Below, piece by piece: positions 8,752 to 16,040 of a DNA stretch of 64,000 nucleotides (the first letter of the stretch is position 1; the number at the start of each line of letters is the position of its first letter). The notes under the pieces were generated by a model. It had not been told where the DNA came from. It was given only the letters and a program-made list of their open reading frames with translations, and searched no databases. Origin of the DNA: a phage; the NCBI GenBank assembly GCA_036252695.1, contig GCA_036252695.1_4122.1; one strand, written 5' to 3'. The translations under genes were made by a program, and so were the position numbers.

Positions 8752-8979
8752 ATGGCTATCGTAATCACTCGCGTAACTGGTACTACTGGCAATTCTTCTA
8801 CTGTTGCTGTAATTACTAATAAGAAAGGTGCGGAACTACATTTTGCAATGTATAACTGGTCAGTTGATGAGTTTGGTCAGTACGCTAGTGTAGAATACAT
8901 TGAAACCTATCAAGTGCCGTCGATTAGTTTAACTGATTTGGGCGTTGAGCGTATCCTTTGCCTGGATGAATTAAATTAA
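8752..8979 (+). CDS. hypothetical early protein
   Basis: RBS aaagga; ORF track frame. Confidence 0.65.
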   Translation: MAIVITRVTGTTGNSSTVAVITNKKGAELHFAMYNWSVDEFGQYASVEYIETYQVPSISLTDLGVERILCLDELN

Positions 8980-8987
8980 AAAAGTAC

Positions 8988-9047
8988 TTGCAAAGTAAAT
9001 CGAATAAAGTATAATACATTACATCAAGGGGAGAAATGGTTCTCCCT
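8988..9047 (+). promoter_or_regulatory. sigma70 promoter + 5' stem-loop cassette
   Basis: -35 TTGCAA 8988-8993, -10 TATAAT 9010-9015, hairpin ggggagaaatggttctccc. Confidence 0.75.
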
Positions 9048-9065
9048 GATAATGAGGAAACTAAT

Positions 9066-9209
9066 ATGAAAACTTGTCAATGTGGTAAAAAATCTATTAC
9101 TGGTTTAAAGCGGGGCGTTGCTCTTTGTCAGTACCATTATAATTTACAAGTATGGGGTAAAGAATGGGCCGACCAGGTGGAAGCAGCAAAGAAAGCAAAA
9201 AGTAAGTAA
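9066..9209 (+). CDS. small Cys-rich protein (47 aa; not in ORF track)
   Basis: RBS gagga; MKTCQCGKK...LCQYHYN; own promoter cassette. Confidence 0.5.
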   Translation: MKTCQCGKKSITGLKRGVALCQYHYNLQVWGKEWADQVEAAKKAKSK

Positions 9210-9288
9210 AAATATTATCACAGTACTATTGACATAGTTTGATAGTACTGACATAATAGATTTTATCAAGACAACTGAGGAAAATAAA
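9208..9288 (+). repeat. duplicated ~80-bp promoter module (copies at 9502-9590 and 12580-12662)
   Basis: aaatattatcacagtactattgacatagtttgatagtactg(a/g)cataata in all three copies. Confidence 0.85.
9229..9257 (+). promoter_or_regulatory. sigma70 promoter
   Basis: -35 TTGACA 9229-9234, 17-nt spacer, -10 CATAAT 9252-9257. Confidence 0.7.
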
Positions 9289-9501
9289 ATGGCTATCATC
9301 ACTAAAATCAAAGTAAGTAAAACCCTGGTTAAACTTGAACAAGTGAAAGCAGGTTATAAAGTATCTTGGTGCGGTATGTATCGGATGTTCGCAGATATTG
9401 ATGAAGCAATCAATTATTACAGCGACACGGTTAAAAACTTTGTTCGTGCTGATGTGGTTATGGCAGTGGCAACGCACAAAGCAGCGAAAGAAAGTAAGTA
9501 A
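9289..9501 (+). CDS. hypothetical early protein (MAII family; paralog of 12663..12842)
   Basis: RBS gagga; ORF track. Confidence 0.65.
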   Translation: MAIITKIKVSKTLVKLEQVKAGYKVSWCGMYRMFADIDEAINYYSDTVKNFVRADVVMAVATHKAAKESK

Positions 9502-9520
9502 AAATATTATCACAGTACTA

Positions 9521-9549
9521 TTGACATAGTTTGATAGTACTGGCATAAT
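9521..9549 (+). promoter_or_regulatory. sigma70 promoter
   Basis: -35 TTGACA 9521-9526, -10 CATAAT 9544-9549. Confidence 0.7.
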
Positions 9550-9590
9550 AGATTTTATCAAGACAACATATTAATTTAAGGAATACAAAA

Positions 9591-9914
9591 ATGGCTAAAA
9601 CTATCATTAACACCGTTTCCCTGGCTGCAATCCGTGCAATCAATGTTGACGGTAAACGTTGGACTGATTCATATGGCAATACTTATCATTCTTGTCATGT
9701 AAGCGTCGAACTGGATAACGGTTTGAATGATCTGGCGGTTGAATCATTTACTTATGGCTATGAAGATGCATATCAACAAACGGCGTTAGATCTATTAAAG
9801 GAATCAGTAGACGGGCTTAATACTGATGAAACCTCCCTTACTCGTTTGTGCAATGATCTTAATATCCCGTTGCATTGTACTGTACAGAATGTTAAACGCA
9901 AAAAAGATCTTTAA
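9591..9914 (+). CDS. hypothetical early protein (paralog of 16675..16998)
   Basis: Shares RWTDSxGNTYHSC...ETFTYGY...KRKKD with 16675 gene. Confidence 0.7.
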   Translation: MAKTIINTVSLAAIRAINVDGKRWTDSYGNTYHSCHVSVELDNGLNDLAVESFTYGYEDAYQQTALDLLKESVDGLNTDETSLTRLCNDLNIPLHCTVQNVKRKKDL

Positions 9915-9994
9915 TTAGCTTTACTTTATGCAGATACTTTGATATAGTGTCTGCATAGGGGAAAGAAATTAAATTAACTTAAGAGGAACGTATA

Positions 9995-10264
9995 ATGAAA
10001 AATATCAGTACTTTAATCGATGCAGGTACTCATGTTCGTCGGTCTATGGTTGCAACCAGTACTACAAAACAAGTAGCGAGCGGTTATCTTGTATTTGTGC
10101 ACGATGGTAAACTCCTGGAACGTTCAATCAATTTTGATGTTAAAAACAATTGCCGTTTTATTATCTTTAAGCGTGAACAATATAAAATTGATTTACCAGC
10201 GAAGCCCATAAGCGGGGCGTACAACGTGCAATCATTGTTTGAACGTCAACCATACACCTATTAA
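9995..10264 (+). CDS. hypothetical early protein
   Basis: RBS aagagga; ORF track. Confidence 0.6.
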   Translation: MKNISTLIDAGTHVRRSMVATSTTKQVASGYLVFVHDGKLLERSINFDVKNNCRFIIFKREQYKIDLPAKPISGAYNVQSLFERQPYTY

Positions 10265-10315
10265 TCAAAACATCGTTAGCGGTCGATTTAGGCCGCTTGT
10301 ATTGGGGATTATACC

Positions 10316-10486
10316 ATGAACGTTAATCAAGTACTGAATGAGATCGAAAGCATCATTAAACCAATGAAACGCATTGATGCTATGTTAACACCGGAAGAAT
10401 GCCGCCTTTATGAGCGTTACAGTGTGGAACAAGCCCAGGAAATGGCCCGTATCCGTCCGGTTGCCAGTACTGATAAGGCGGCGTAA
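10316..10486 (+). CDS. small hypothetical protein (56 aa; not in ORF track)
   Basis: RBS tggggatt; stop overlaps next start (TAATATG). Confidence 0.45.
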   Translation: MNVNQVLNEIESIIKPMKRIDAMLTPEECRLYERYSVEQAQEMARIRPVASTDKAA

Positions 10487-10487
10487 T

Positions 10488-10697
10488 ATGCTTACTGTAC
10501 AGGATAAGATCGACATCTTAAAGGTTAATATGTATGTGATTGATGCCGTACCTGGTAAAGTATTTGCATACGATGATTCTAATCGCAGTCCGTTTTATTG
10601 CAGTCATGTAGTTGGATACGTGCCGTTGGCGTATGTTATAGAAAGAGTGGTTGATGCAGCATACAAACATTTTTTAGAAAATAATACTTGCAATTAG
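10488..10697 (+). CDS. hypothetical early protein
   Basis: In-frame ATG at 10488 within ORF 10410..10697; coupled to upstream ORF. Confidence 0.5.
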   Translation: MLTVQDKIDILKVNMYVIDAVPGKVFAYDDSNRSPFYCSHVVGYVPLAYVIERVVDAAYKHFLENNTCN

Positions 10698-10746
10698 TTT
10701 TCAGTACTGTATAATGATTTACATCGAGAGCGGGAATAGTTCCCGC
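10688..10746 (+). promoter_or_regulatory. sigma70 promoter + 5' stem-loop cassette
   Basis: -35 TTGCAA 10688-10693, -10 TATAAT 10710-10715, hairpin gcgggaatagttcccgc. Confidence 0.75.
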
Positions 10747-10767
10747 CTCACTTTTAAGGAATATGAA

Positions 10768-10914
10768 ATGAAAGCATCAAAAAAGAGTAATACTAAGAAA
10801 GCATGTTCACCTTTCGCTGGGGTATTCCCTTTACGTTTTGTTGATGAAGTAGTTTCCTACCCGCCGGGCCTTACTCCTGAGATGGTAGAAAGTTTGCGTA
10901 AATCTAAAAAATAG
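10768..10914 (+). CDS. small hypothetical protein
   Basis: RBS aagga; ATG 10768. Confidence 0.55.
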   Translation: MKASKKSNTKKACSPFAGVFPLRFVDEVVSYPPGLTPEMVESLRKSKK

Positions 10915-10917
10915 TAC

Positions 10918-10974
10918 TTGCAATTAGTTTTTAGTACTGTATAATAGTTTACATGAAGGGGAAAACGTTCCCCT
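10918..10974 (+). promoter_or_regulatory. sigma70 promoter + 5' stem-loop cassette
   Basis: -35 TTGCAA 10918-10923, -10 TATAAT 10940-10945, hairpin aggggaaaacgttcccct. Confidence 0.75.
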
Positions 10975-10996
10975 TACACCTAACGAGGAAAGTATA

Positions 10997-11248
10997 ATGG
11001 AAACAATTTTAATCAAAGACACTGCTACTACTGTAACTTATGATAATGATTGCATTATCCCAGGGACTGAGTACGGCGAACGTGTACCCGTTCAAGTAGA
11101 GATTGATACCACATACATCGACAAGGCTGACCAGTGTATCACTATTGTAATTGGTGAATATCGTTTTCTACCAGAAGAGATCCAAAAATGGCAGAATATG
11201 ATTGACCGTGCGAAATTAGTCGCACAAAGTTTAAAATACAAAGTTTAA
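10997..11248 (+). CDS. hypothetical early protein
   Basis: RBS gaggaa; ORF track. Confidence 0.65.
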   Translation: METILIKDTATTVTYDNDCIIPGTEYGERVPVQVEIDTTYIDKADQCITIVIGEYRFLPEEIQKWQNMIDRAKLVAQSLKYKV

Positions 11249-11256
11249 AATAATAC

Positions 11257-11316
11257 TTGCAATTAGTTTTTAAACGCGTATAATGTTTTACATGAAGGGG
11301 AGAAATGATTCTCCCC
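11257..11316 (+). promoter_or_regulatory. sigma70 promoter + 5' stem-loop cassette
   Basis: -35 TTGCAA 11257-11262, -10 TATAAT 11279-11284, hairpin ggggagaaatgattctcccc. Confidence 0.75.
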
Positions 11317-11334
11317 AATAACAGGAGAAACAAA

Positions 11335-11487
11335 ATGAAACAATACAACGCTCGGTTTGATGTTACTATCGGTAACGGCAAAGGTCAATTCTCTTTCAGT
11401 ACTCGCAAAAGTTATACAGAAAACTTCCTGCGTAATTGTGCACTGACCGCCGCACAAATTAAACATTACTTTCAGGCTAAAAAATGA
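11335..11487 (+). CDS. small hypothetical protein
   Basis: RBS caggag; ATG 11335. Confidence 0.55.
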   Translation: MKQYNARFDVTIGNGKGQFSFSTRKSYTENFLRNCALTAAQIKHYFQAKK

Positions 11488-11573
11488 AATCATTAGCTTA
11501 TTACAGTTCGGCCCTGGTCGGTGCATTGATCGCGGCGTTGTTAGTAACCTATCTATTCTTTATGGTGATTTAA
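11484..11573 (+). CDS. 29-aa hydrophobic micropeptide (putative single transmembrane helix)
   Basis: ATGA overlap with upstream stop; MKSLAYYSSALVGALIAALLVTYLFFMVI. Confidence 0.35.
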   Translation: MKSLAYYSSALVGALIAALLVTYLFFMVI

Positions 11574-11717
11574 ATGAATCCAACAGGTTTAAACTATAAA
11601 AGTTGTTCGGCGTTTACGAAAGCAAATAAAGCGAATGCACGTAAAGCGAAAGTAAAGGAGTACATCAAGCAAGGCATGACGCGAAAGGCGGCGATTCTAA
11701 AAGCTAAAAATAAATGA
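11574..11717 (+). CDS. 47-aa basic micropeptide
   Basis: Starts immediately after stop of preceding micropeptide; Lys-rich. Confidence 0.3.
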   Translation: MNPTGLNYKSCSAFTKANKANARKAKVKEYIKQGMTRKAAILKAKNK

Positions 11718-11910
11718 AAAAAGTGGTTGACTCCGGTCAGCCATTTTGCTATTATATATTCATTGAGAGATAGCTCACTAGCCCACAGGGTGCATAAGTG
11801 TATCTATTATATAAGTATTGAGTACTGAAAACTATTTTAAAAAAGTACTTGCAAACTATCTCAATAAGCGTATAATGTTTTACATCGAAAGGGGAAACGG
11901 TTTCCCCTGG
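11717..11910 (+). repeat. dispersed ~190-bp intergenic module (hairpin/promoter + AGCCCAC box + promoter cassette)
   Basis: Near-identical to 19012-19205; contains TTGACT 11727-11732 / TATTAT 11750-11755 inside a hairpin, and agcccacagggtgc. Confidence 0.85.
11849..11908 (+). promoter_or_regulatory. sigma70 promoter + 5' stem-loop cassette
   Basis: -35 TTGCAA 11849-11854, -10 TATAAT 11871-11876, hairpin aggggaaacggtttcccct. Confidence 0.75.
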
Positions 11911-11927
11911 TAATAAGGAAACAAATC

Positions 11928-12269
11928 ATGACTATCTCAATTGCTCAATCTAACTTTGAAAACGAAATCATCGCCCAGGCACTGCGTTTAAATGATGGTC
12001 GGGCCGAAATTAATTACGGTTTCAATTCAGGCGGTTGTGAAAAATATCAGTACTTTGTAACGGCTGATGGCGGTGTCCTGGGTATCAATACAGTTATTGT
12101 AAACATCCAAAAAATTAATTTCAATGATCCAGACGATAGCCAGTTTTACATCACTGGCGTAGACGTGAACTATGAGGATGACTCACTAACTGATGATCAC
12201 ACTGGCGAGCGGTTAGAAAGTGCATACGGTGAAGATGATTATCAGTCCGGTCCAGAAGATTTCGAATAA
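11928..12269 (+). CDS. hypothetical acidic protein
   Basis: RBS aaggaa; ORF track. Confidence 0.65.
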   Translation: MTISIAQSNFENEIIAQALRLNDGRAEINYGFNSGGCEKYQYFVTADGGVLGINTVIVNIQKINFNDPDDSQFYITGVDVNYEDDSLTDDHTGERLESAYGEDDYQSGPEDFE

Positions 12270-12284
12270 TATAAAAAAAATAGT

Positions 12285-12344
12285 TTGACAATAGATTATA
12301 GTACTGTATAATAGTTTACATCAAGGGGAGAAAAACTTCTCCCC
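12285..12344 (+). promoter_or_regulatory. sigma70 promoter + 5' stem-loop cassette
   Basis: -35 TTGACA 12285-12290, -10 TATAAT 12307-12312, hairpin ggggagaaaaacttctcccc. Confidence 0.75.
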
Positions 12345-12366
12345 ACTAACAGAGAGAGAAAACAAA

Positions 12367-12579
12367 ATGGCTAATATCCGGTCGAAATTAAAAAATGCAA
12401 AACAAGTTTTATTTTCAGATCATGAATACTTTAATAAAGATATTACAGGAGTTACAAGTATCAAGGAAGTAAAAGAAAAAACCGGCGTTTTGTGTGATGT
12501 GCGATTAGTTGGGACATTTGGGAATAACGTGCTATATCGCTGCGGTGATTACAATTTTACACTGACTATCATTAACTAA
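12367..12579 (+). CDS. hypothetical early protein
   Basis: RBS agagaga; ORF track. Confidence 0.6.
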   Translation: MANIRSKLKNAKQVLFSDHEYFNKDITGVTSIKEVKEKTGVLCDVRLVGTFGNNVLYRCGDYNFTLTIIN

Positions 12580-12598
12580 AAATATTATCACAGTACTA

Positions 12599-12627
12599 TT
12601 GACATAGTTTGATAGTACTGACATAAT
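12599..12627 (+). promoter_or_regulatory. sigma70 promoter
   Basis: -35 TTGACA 12599-12604, -10 CATAAT 12622-12627 (third copy of the 9208 module). Confidence 0.7.
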
Positions 12628-12662
12628 AACTTTTATCAACTACACTACTAAGGAATTAAAAA

Positions 12663-12842
12663 ATGGCTATCATCGCAAAAACTGAAATCGTTGGTCTGGA
12701 TTCTATCATCATGACGTTTGAAGATCAAAAAGGTATGTATGTAGTTTCCTATGGTGATTATGTTCGGGAGTATGAAACGGTAGACGAAGCCTTTGAAAGT
12801 TATATTCGCCAGGTGAATAAAGCATACGACGACTACCGCTAA
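12663..12842 (+). CDS. small protein (59 aa; MAII family; not in ORF track)
   Basis: RBS aaggaa; MAIIAKTEIV... resembles 9289 gene N-terminus. Confidence 0.5.
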   Translation: MAIIAKTEIVGLDSIIMTFEDQKGMYVVSYGDYVREYETVDEAFESYIRQVNKAYDDYR

Positions 12843-12869
12843 AATATATTACCAGTACTATTAAATCTA

Positions 12870-12897
12870 TTGACAACGTTTGATAGTACTGTATAAT
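12870..12897 (+). promoter_or_regulatory. sigma70 promoter
   Basis: -35 TTGACA 12870-12875, -10 TATAAT 12892-12897. Confidence 0.7.
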
Positions 12898-12941
12898 AAG
12901 TTTTATAAACAGTAGTTAACTTAACCTAAGAGAGAAATAAA

Positions 12942-13085
12942 ATGATCGCACTGGATTCATTCATCGACGCAGTACTGGCAAAAACTGGCGAGGATCTGAC
13001 CGCAGAACAATACGCGATGATCGAGCAATGTCAGCAAAACGGTAAATCGGTGAAAGATACTGTTAAGATTATCCGCAAGATGTAA
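12942..13085 (+). CDS. small hypothetical protein (47 aa; not in ORF track)
   Basis: RBS aagagaga; terminator-like hairpin follows. Confidence 0.45.
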   Translation: MIALDSFIDAVLAKTGEDLTAEQYAMIEQCQQNGKSVKDTVKIIRKM

Positions 13086-13091
13086 GATTAT

Positions 13092-13125
13092 AGCCCACTG
13101 GTTAACGCTGGTGGGCTTTAATCAT
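13092..13125 (+). terminator. possible intrinsic terminator
   Basis: agcccactgg...ctggtgggct hairpin; weak T tract. Confidence 0.4.
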
Positions 13126-13190
13126 TTACCCTATACAATGCCAGTACTAAACCGTTTATCTCGTTAGAATGCGTTACAGGACGTTTAACA

Positions 13191-13388
13191 ATGATTAGCA
13201 TGAAATCAGTACAAAAACAAATAGAAACATTATCAAAAATTAAACGTAAACAATACTCCTTAGAATATACAATCAATGGTAACTATCATCTAATGAAAGA
13301 AAATAATTTTATAGTCATTGATGAATCATTGCAAATTATTAGTATAGTACTGAAAGCATTAATCAATGACAGAAAAAAATTAAAATAA
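13191..13388 (+). CDS. hypothetical AT-rich small protein
   Basis: ORF track; weak RBS; composition differs from neighbours. Confidence 0.35.
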   Translation: MISMKSVQKQIETLSKIKRKQYSLEYTINGNYHLMKENNFIVIDESLQIISIVLKALINDRKKLK

Positions 13389-13392
13389 TCTA

Positions 13393-13421
13393 TTGACAAT
13401 ATCCTCCAGTACTGGCATAAT
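13393..13421 (+). promoter_or_regulatory. sigma70 promoter with ~300-nt leader
   Basis: -35 TTGACA 13393-13398, -10 CATAAT 13416-13421. Confidence 0.6.
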
Positions 13422-13481
13422 ACTTACATCAAGACGAGAACGTCACTAACCCATAGGGTGCACAAATGTAACTATATAATA

Positions 13482-13558
13482 TCGATCAATAAATGATCAA
13501 AAAAGTACTGGATCAATTTAGCATAAGGAGTATAATTCTGATCAATTCTTGATCAAAG
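13482..13558. repeat. cluster of five GATCAA motifs (Dam-site cluster)
   Basis: GATCAA at 13484, 13495, 13511, 13540, 13551. Confidence 0.7.
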
Positions 13559-13717
13559 GCAATAAACGCAGTTGAATTTATATAGACAATACGAAGGCGT
13601 TACTATCCGTGGTAATGCTGGTGGATATGTAGTATCATGTGGTTTGAATAAGATTAGCACTAGTAGTATTATTGTAGCATTACAGTACTATAGTATTTTT
13701 ATAATGAGGTTAAAATA

Positions 13718-13975
13718 ATGGCTGTAGGATTTGCGAAGGACGGGGCCGAACAAGACGAGATTAACGCAGTGATTCAGGCCGCCGTAAACCACGCTAGAAA
13801 GCAAATTAACGCACAAATAGAATCACTGATACATTGCCTCGACTGTGGCGATAAAATCCCTGAGAATCGCCGCCAGGCTGTTAAGGGATGTAAGTACTGC
13901 ATAACTTGCCAGGAGGATCATGATAGTACTTTTAAAAGAGATCCGCGTAATTGTTGGCATAGATCTATGAGATAA
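13718..13975 (+). CDS. DksA/TraR-family C4 zinc-finger protein
   Basis: CLDCGDKIPENRRQAVKGCKYCITCQ fits the C-x2-C-x17-C-x2-C TraR/DksA zinc-finger pattern. Confidence 0.6.
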   Translation: MAVGFAKDGAEQDEINAVIQAAVNHARKQINAQIESLIHCLDCGDKIPENRRQAVKGCKYCITCQEDHDSTFKRDPRNCWHRSMR

Positions 13976-13981
13976 AAAGTA

Positions 13982-14009
13982 TTGACAGTACTGAAAGATA
14001 GTGTATAAT
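13982..14009 (+). promoter_or_regulatory. sigma70 promoter
   Basis: -35 TTGACA 13982-13987, -10 TATAAT 14004-14009. Confidence 0.7.
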
Positions 14010-14038
14010 ATTTTATATCTTAACTGAGGATAGTAATC

Positions 14039-14395
14039 ATGGGAATACAACATATCACGCGTACTACTGACAATGGTGAGATCACTGGCTATCAAGTACA
14101 GGGCAAAGTAGCACAATTGCAGTACTGGTTTGAAAAACGTGGAATCATTGCACCGGATCTTGATTATGACCGTGTAGCGTTTATTGATTCTCTTTATGTT
14201 GATCCTGATAGTCGGGGCAATGGTGAAGGTAACGAATTAATGAATGCCTTTATCGATGCCGCCGATGATTCAGATTGTATCATCTTAGAATGCGATACGG
14301 GAGAAGATAACGCCTTTAATCTTAAAGAATGGTACGAAGGTTTTGGATTCGAGGTACTGATCGATAGTGAATATCCTATCATGATTTTATCATAG
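14039..14395 (+). CDS. putative small GNAT-family acetyltransferase
   Basis: RGNGEGNELM (motif A-like R-G-x-G-x-G) and NAFNLKEWYEGFGF (motif B-like); 118 aa. Confidence 0.45.
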   Translation: MGIQHITRTTDNGEITGYQVQGKVAQLQYWFEKRGIIAPDLDYDRVAFIDSLYVDPDSRGNGEGNELMNAFIDAADDSDCIILECDTGEDNAFNLKEWYEGFGFEVLIDSEYPIMILS

Positions 14396-14398
14396 TAC

Positions 14399-14466
14399 TT
14401 GCATTTAGTTTTCAGTACTGTTATAGTACTTACATCAAGGGGAAACGTCTTCCCCTACTAAGAGGA
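14399..14466 (+). promoter_or_regulatory. sigma70 promoter + 5' stem-loop cassette
   Basis: -35 TTGCAT 14399-14404, -10 TTATAG 14421-14426, hairpin aggggaaacgtcttcccct. Confidence 0.6.
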
Positions 14467-14473
14467 AATGAAA

Positions 14474-14662
14474 ATGGAAAACTTATCAAGTATTTTAGTA
14501 CAAGATGATTTCGGTAATCCTGGAAGTGCTATCATAGTTCGGGGCAATAAAGCAACGTTTGTTCTTGCTGGTGGGCCAGTACAGCGTAGCATTAAAAATA
14601 ATGCTGTTACCATTAATAATGTACGCTATCGCTTAGATAAAGAATTAATTAAAAATATGTAA
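14474..14662 (+). CDS. small hypothetical protein
   Basis: RBS aagagga 8 nt upstream of ATG 14474. Confidence 0.55.
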   Translation: MENLSSILVQDDFGNPGSAIIVRGNKATFVLAGGPVQRSIKNNAVTINNVRYRLDKELIKNM

Positions 14663-14687
14663 TATTAACTCAATAGGAAAACGATAA

Positions 14688-15011
14688 ATGTATATTCACA
14701 CTACTATCACAAAAGAAGTCCGTTGTCAATTCGAAAGTATCCCAGGTGTATGTTTCATTACAGGCACTTTCTCACCTGGTGACCGTGATAATCCAGTACT
14801 GTTACAATTACGCCATCCATCATGGGATAAAGCATTTGATCTACCGTTGAATGAATTCGCAACTACTGCTGAAAAGTACATTAAAAATATTCGCGAGAAT
14901 GATCGACTATTCATTAATGCTTTCAGTGATTCCGCGTTAAGCGAGATTCATGCGGTACTAGTTGCAATCATGGAATCAATGCAGAAAACTAAATTCAAAC
15001 AAGGTGAATAA
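14688..15011 (+). CDS. hypothetical early protein
   Basis: RBS aggaaaa; ORF track. Confidence 0.6.
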   Translation: MYIHTTITKEVRCQFESIPGVCFITGTFSPGDRDNPVLLQLRHPSWDKAFDLPLNEFATTAEKYIKNIRENDRLFINAFSDSALSEIHAVLVAIMESMQKTKFKQGE

Positions 15012-15017
15012 AAACTA

Positions 15018-15076
15018 TTGACAATGCAATCCAGTACTGTATAATAAGTTACATGAAGGGGAGAAATGATTCTCCC
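15018..15076 (+). promoter_or_regulatory. sigma70 promoter + 5' stem-loop cassette
   Basis: -35 TTGACA 15018-15023, -10 TATAAT 15040-15045, hairpin ggggagaaatgattctcccc. Confidence 0.75.
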
Positions 15077-15095
15077 CAGTACTGAGGAAAGAAAA

Positions 15096-15308
15096 ATGCA
15101 AGGTCAACTAATCGTTCGTAAATGGTCTGATACTAACGCTAAACCGTGGGATGTACAATACATCGCCCCCAATGGTGAATCCAGATATCAACCAGGTGTA
15201 ACGCATAGTACTGAGCAATTTGCCGCCGCTCACCGTGAACGACTGTTACAATCCATGCAGCAAGGCTTCGGTGAAAAATTCATTCAGGATCATTGGCTGA
15301 AAGATTAA
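15096..15308 (+). CDS. hypothetical early protein
   Basis: RBS gaggaaa; ATG 15096. Confidence 0.6.
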   Translation: MQGQLIVRKWSDTNAKPWDVQYIAPNGESRYQPGVTHSTEQFAAAHRERLLQSMQQGFGEKFIQDHWLKD

Positions 15309-15315
15309 AAAGTAC

Positions 15316-15374
15316 TTGCACAGTACTGAATAAAGTGTATAATGTTTTATATCGAGAGGGGAACTATTCCCCTC
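15316..15374 (+). promoter_or_regulatory. sigma70 promoter + 5' stem-loop cassette
   Basis: -35 TTGCAC 15316-15321, -10 TATAAT 15338-15343, hairpin gaggggaactattcccctc. Confidence 0.7.
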
Positions 15375-15394
15375 CTAACAAAAAGGAAAGTATA

Positions 15395-15568
15395 ATGATC
15401 CAAGTAGAATTATCAGTACTGAAAGATCTATTTTATCGGTTAGGTACTAATGGCGAGTATCCTAAAAGTGATACCGCAAAACTTTTTGTATCACTCGACT
15501 TATGGCAACGCGAACAATTAGTAATGTCGTGGCGTAAAGGTAAAGCAGATCGCGAGGTGAAAGCATGA
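15395..15568 (+). CDS. small hypothetical protein
   Basis: RBS aaggaaa; ATG 15395. Confidence 0.55.
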   Translation: MIQVELSVLKDLFYRLGTNGEYPKSDTAKLFVSLDLWQREQLVMSWRKGKADREVKA

Positions 15569-15714
15569 AAGAATTCTTATTCGAAGTAGTGTTTCAAGGT
15601 GTCGGTAGTAACCAACTGATTCGCTCAAGTGGTTATAATGTTAACCAGGCATGGAATAACATTAAACAAATGTACCCGAACGCTATCACATATCGCAACC
15701 CGAAAGAAGTTTAA
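15565..15714 (+). CDS. small hypothetical protein (49 aa; not in ORF track)
   Basis: ATGA overlap with upstream stop; MKEFLFEVVFQGV... Confidence 0.35.
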   Translation: MKEFLFEVVFQGVGSNQLIRSSGYNVNQAWNNIKQMYPNAITYRNPKEV

Positions 15715-15724
15715 AAATAATTGA

Positions 15725-15900
15725 AAAAGGGATTGACTCCGGTCAATCCCTTTGCTATTATATACGCATAGAAACAAATTAGCCCACCGGGTGCATAAAT
15801 GTATCTATTGTTTGCTGGTGGCTAGTACTATCAAGTACTGAAAACTATTTTTAAAAAAGTACTTGCATTGTACTTAGAATCAAGTATAATGTTTTACATC
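15725..15900 (+). repeat. dispersed ~175-bp intergenic module (copy similar to 20941-21105)
   Basis: Perfect hairpin gggattgactccggtcaatccc with embedded TTGACT/TATTAT; agcccaccgggtgc box. Confidence 0.85.
15864..15890 (+). promoter_or_regulatory. sigma70 promoter (upstream of conserved leader copy 2)
   Basis: -35 TTGCAT 15864-15869, -10 TATAAT 15885-15890. Confidence 0.65.
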
Positions 15901-15976
15901 AGGACGGGGAACGAAATAAGTAACTTCCCGTTAAGTAGTCCAGGAGTAAGACATACGAAAAACTCCCCTGATAAAA
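15897..15976 (+). ncRNA. candidate small RNA / structured leader, copy 2
   Basis: Near-identical to 4922-5000 with a few substitutions; between tandem promoters. Confidence 0.25.
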
Positions 15977-15980
15977 TAGT

Positions 15981-16008
15981 TTGACAATAGAAATTAAACG
16001 AGTATAAT
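15981..16008 (+). promoter_or_regulatory. sigma70 promoter
   Basis: -35 TTGACA 15981-15986, -10 TATAAT 16003-16008. Confidence 0.7.
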
Positions 16009-16040
16009 ACTTACATCAACCACTGATAAGGAAACATAAA

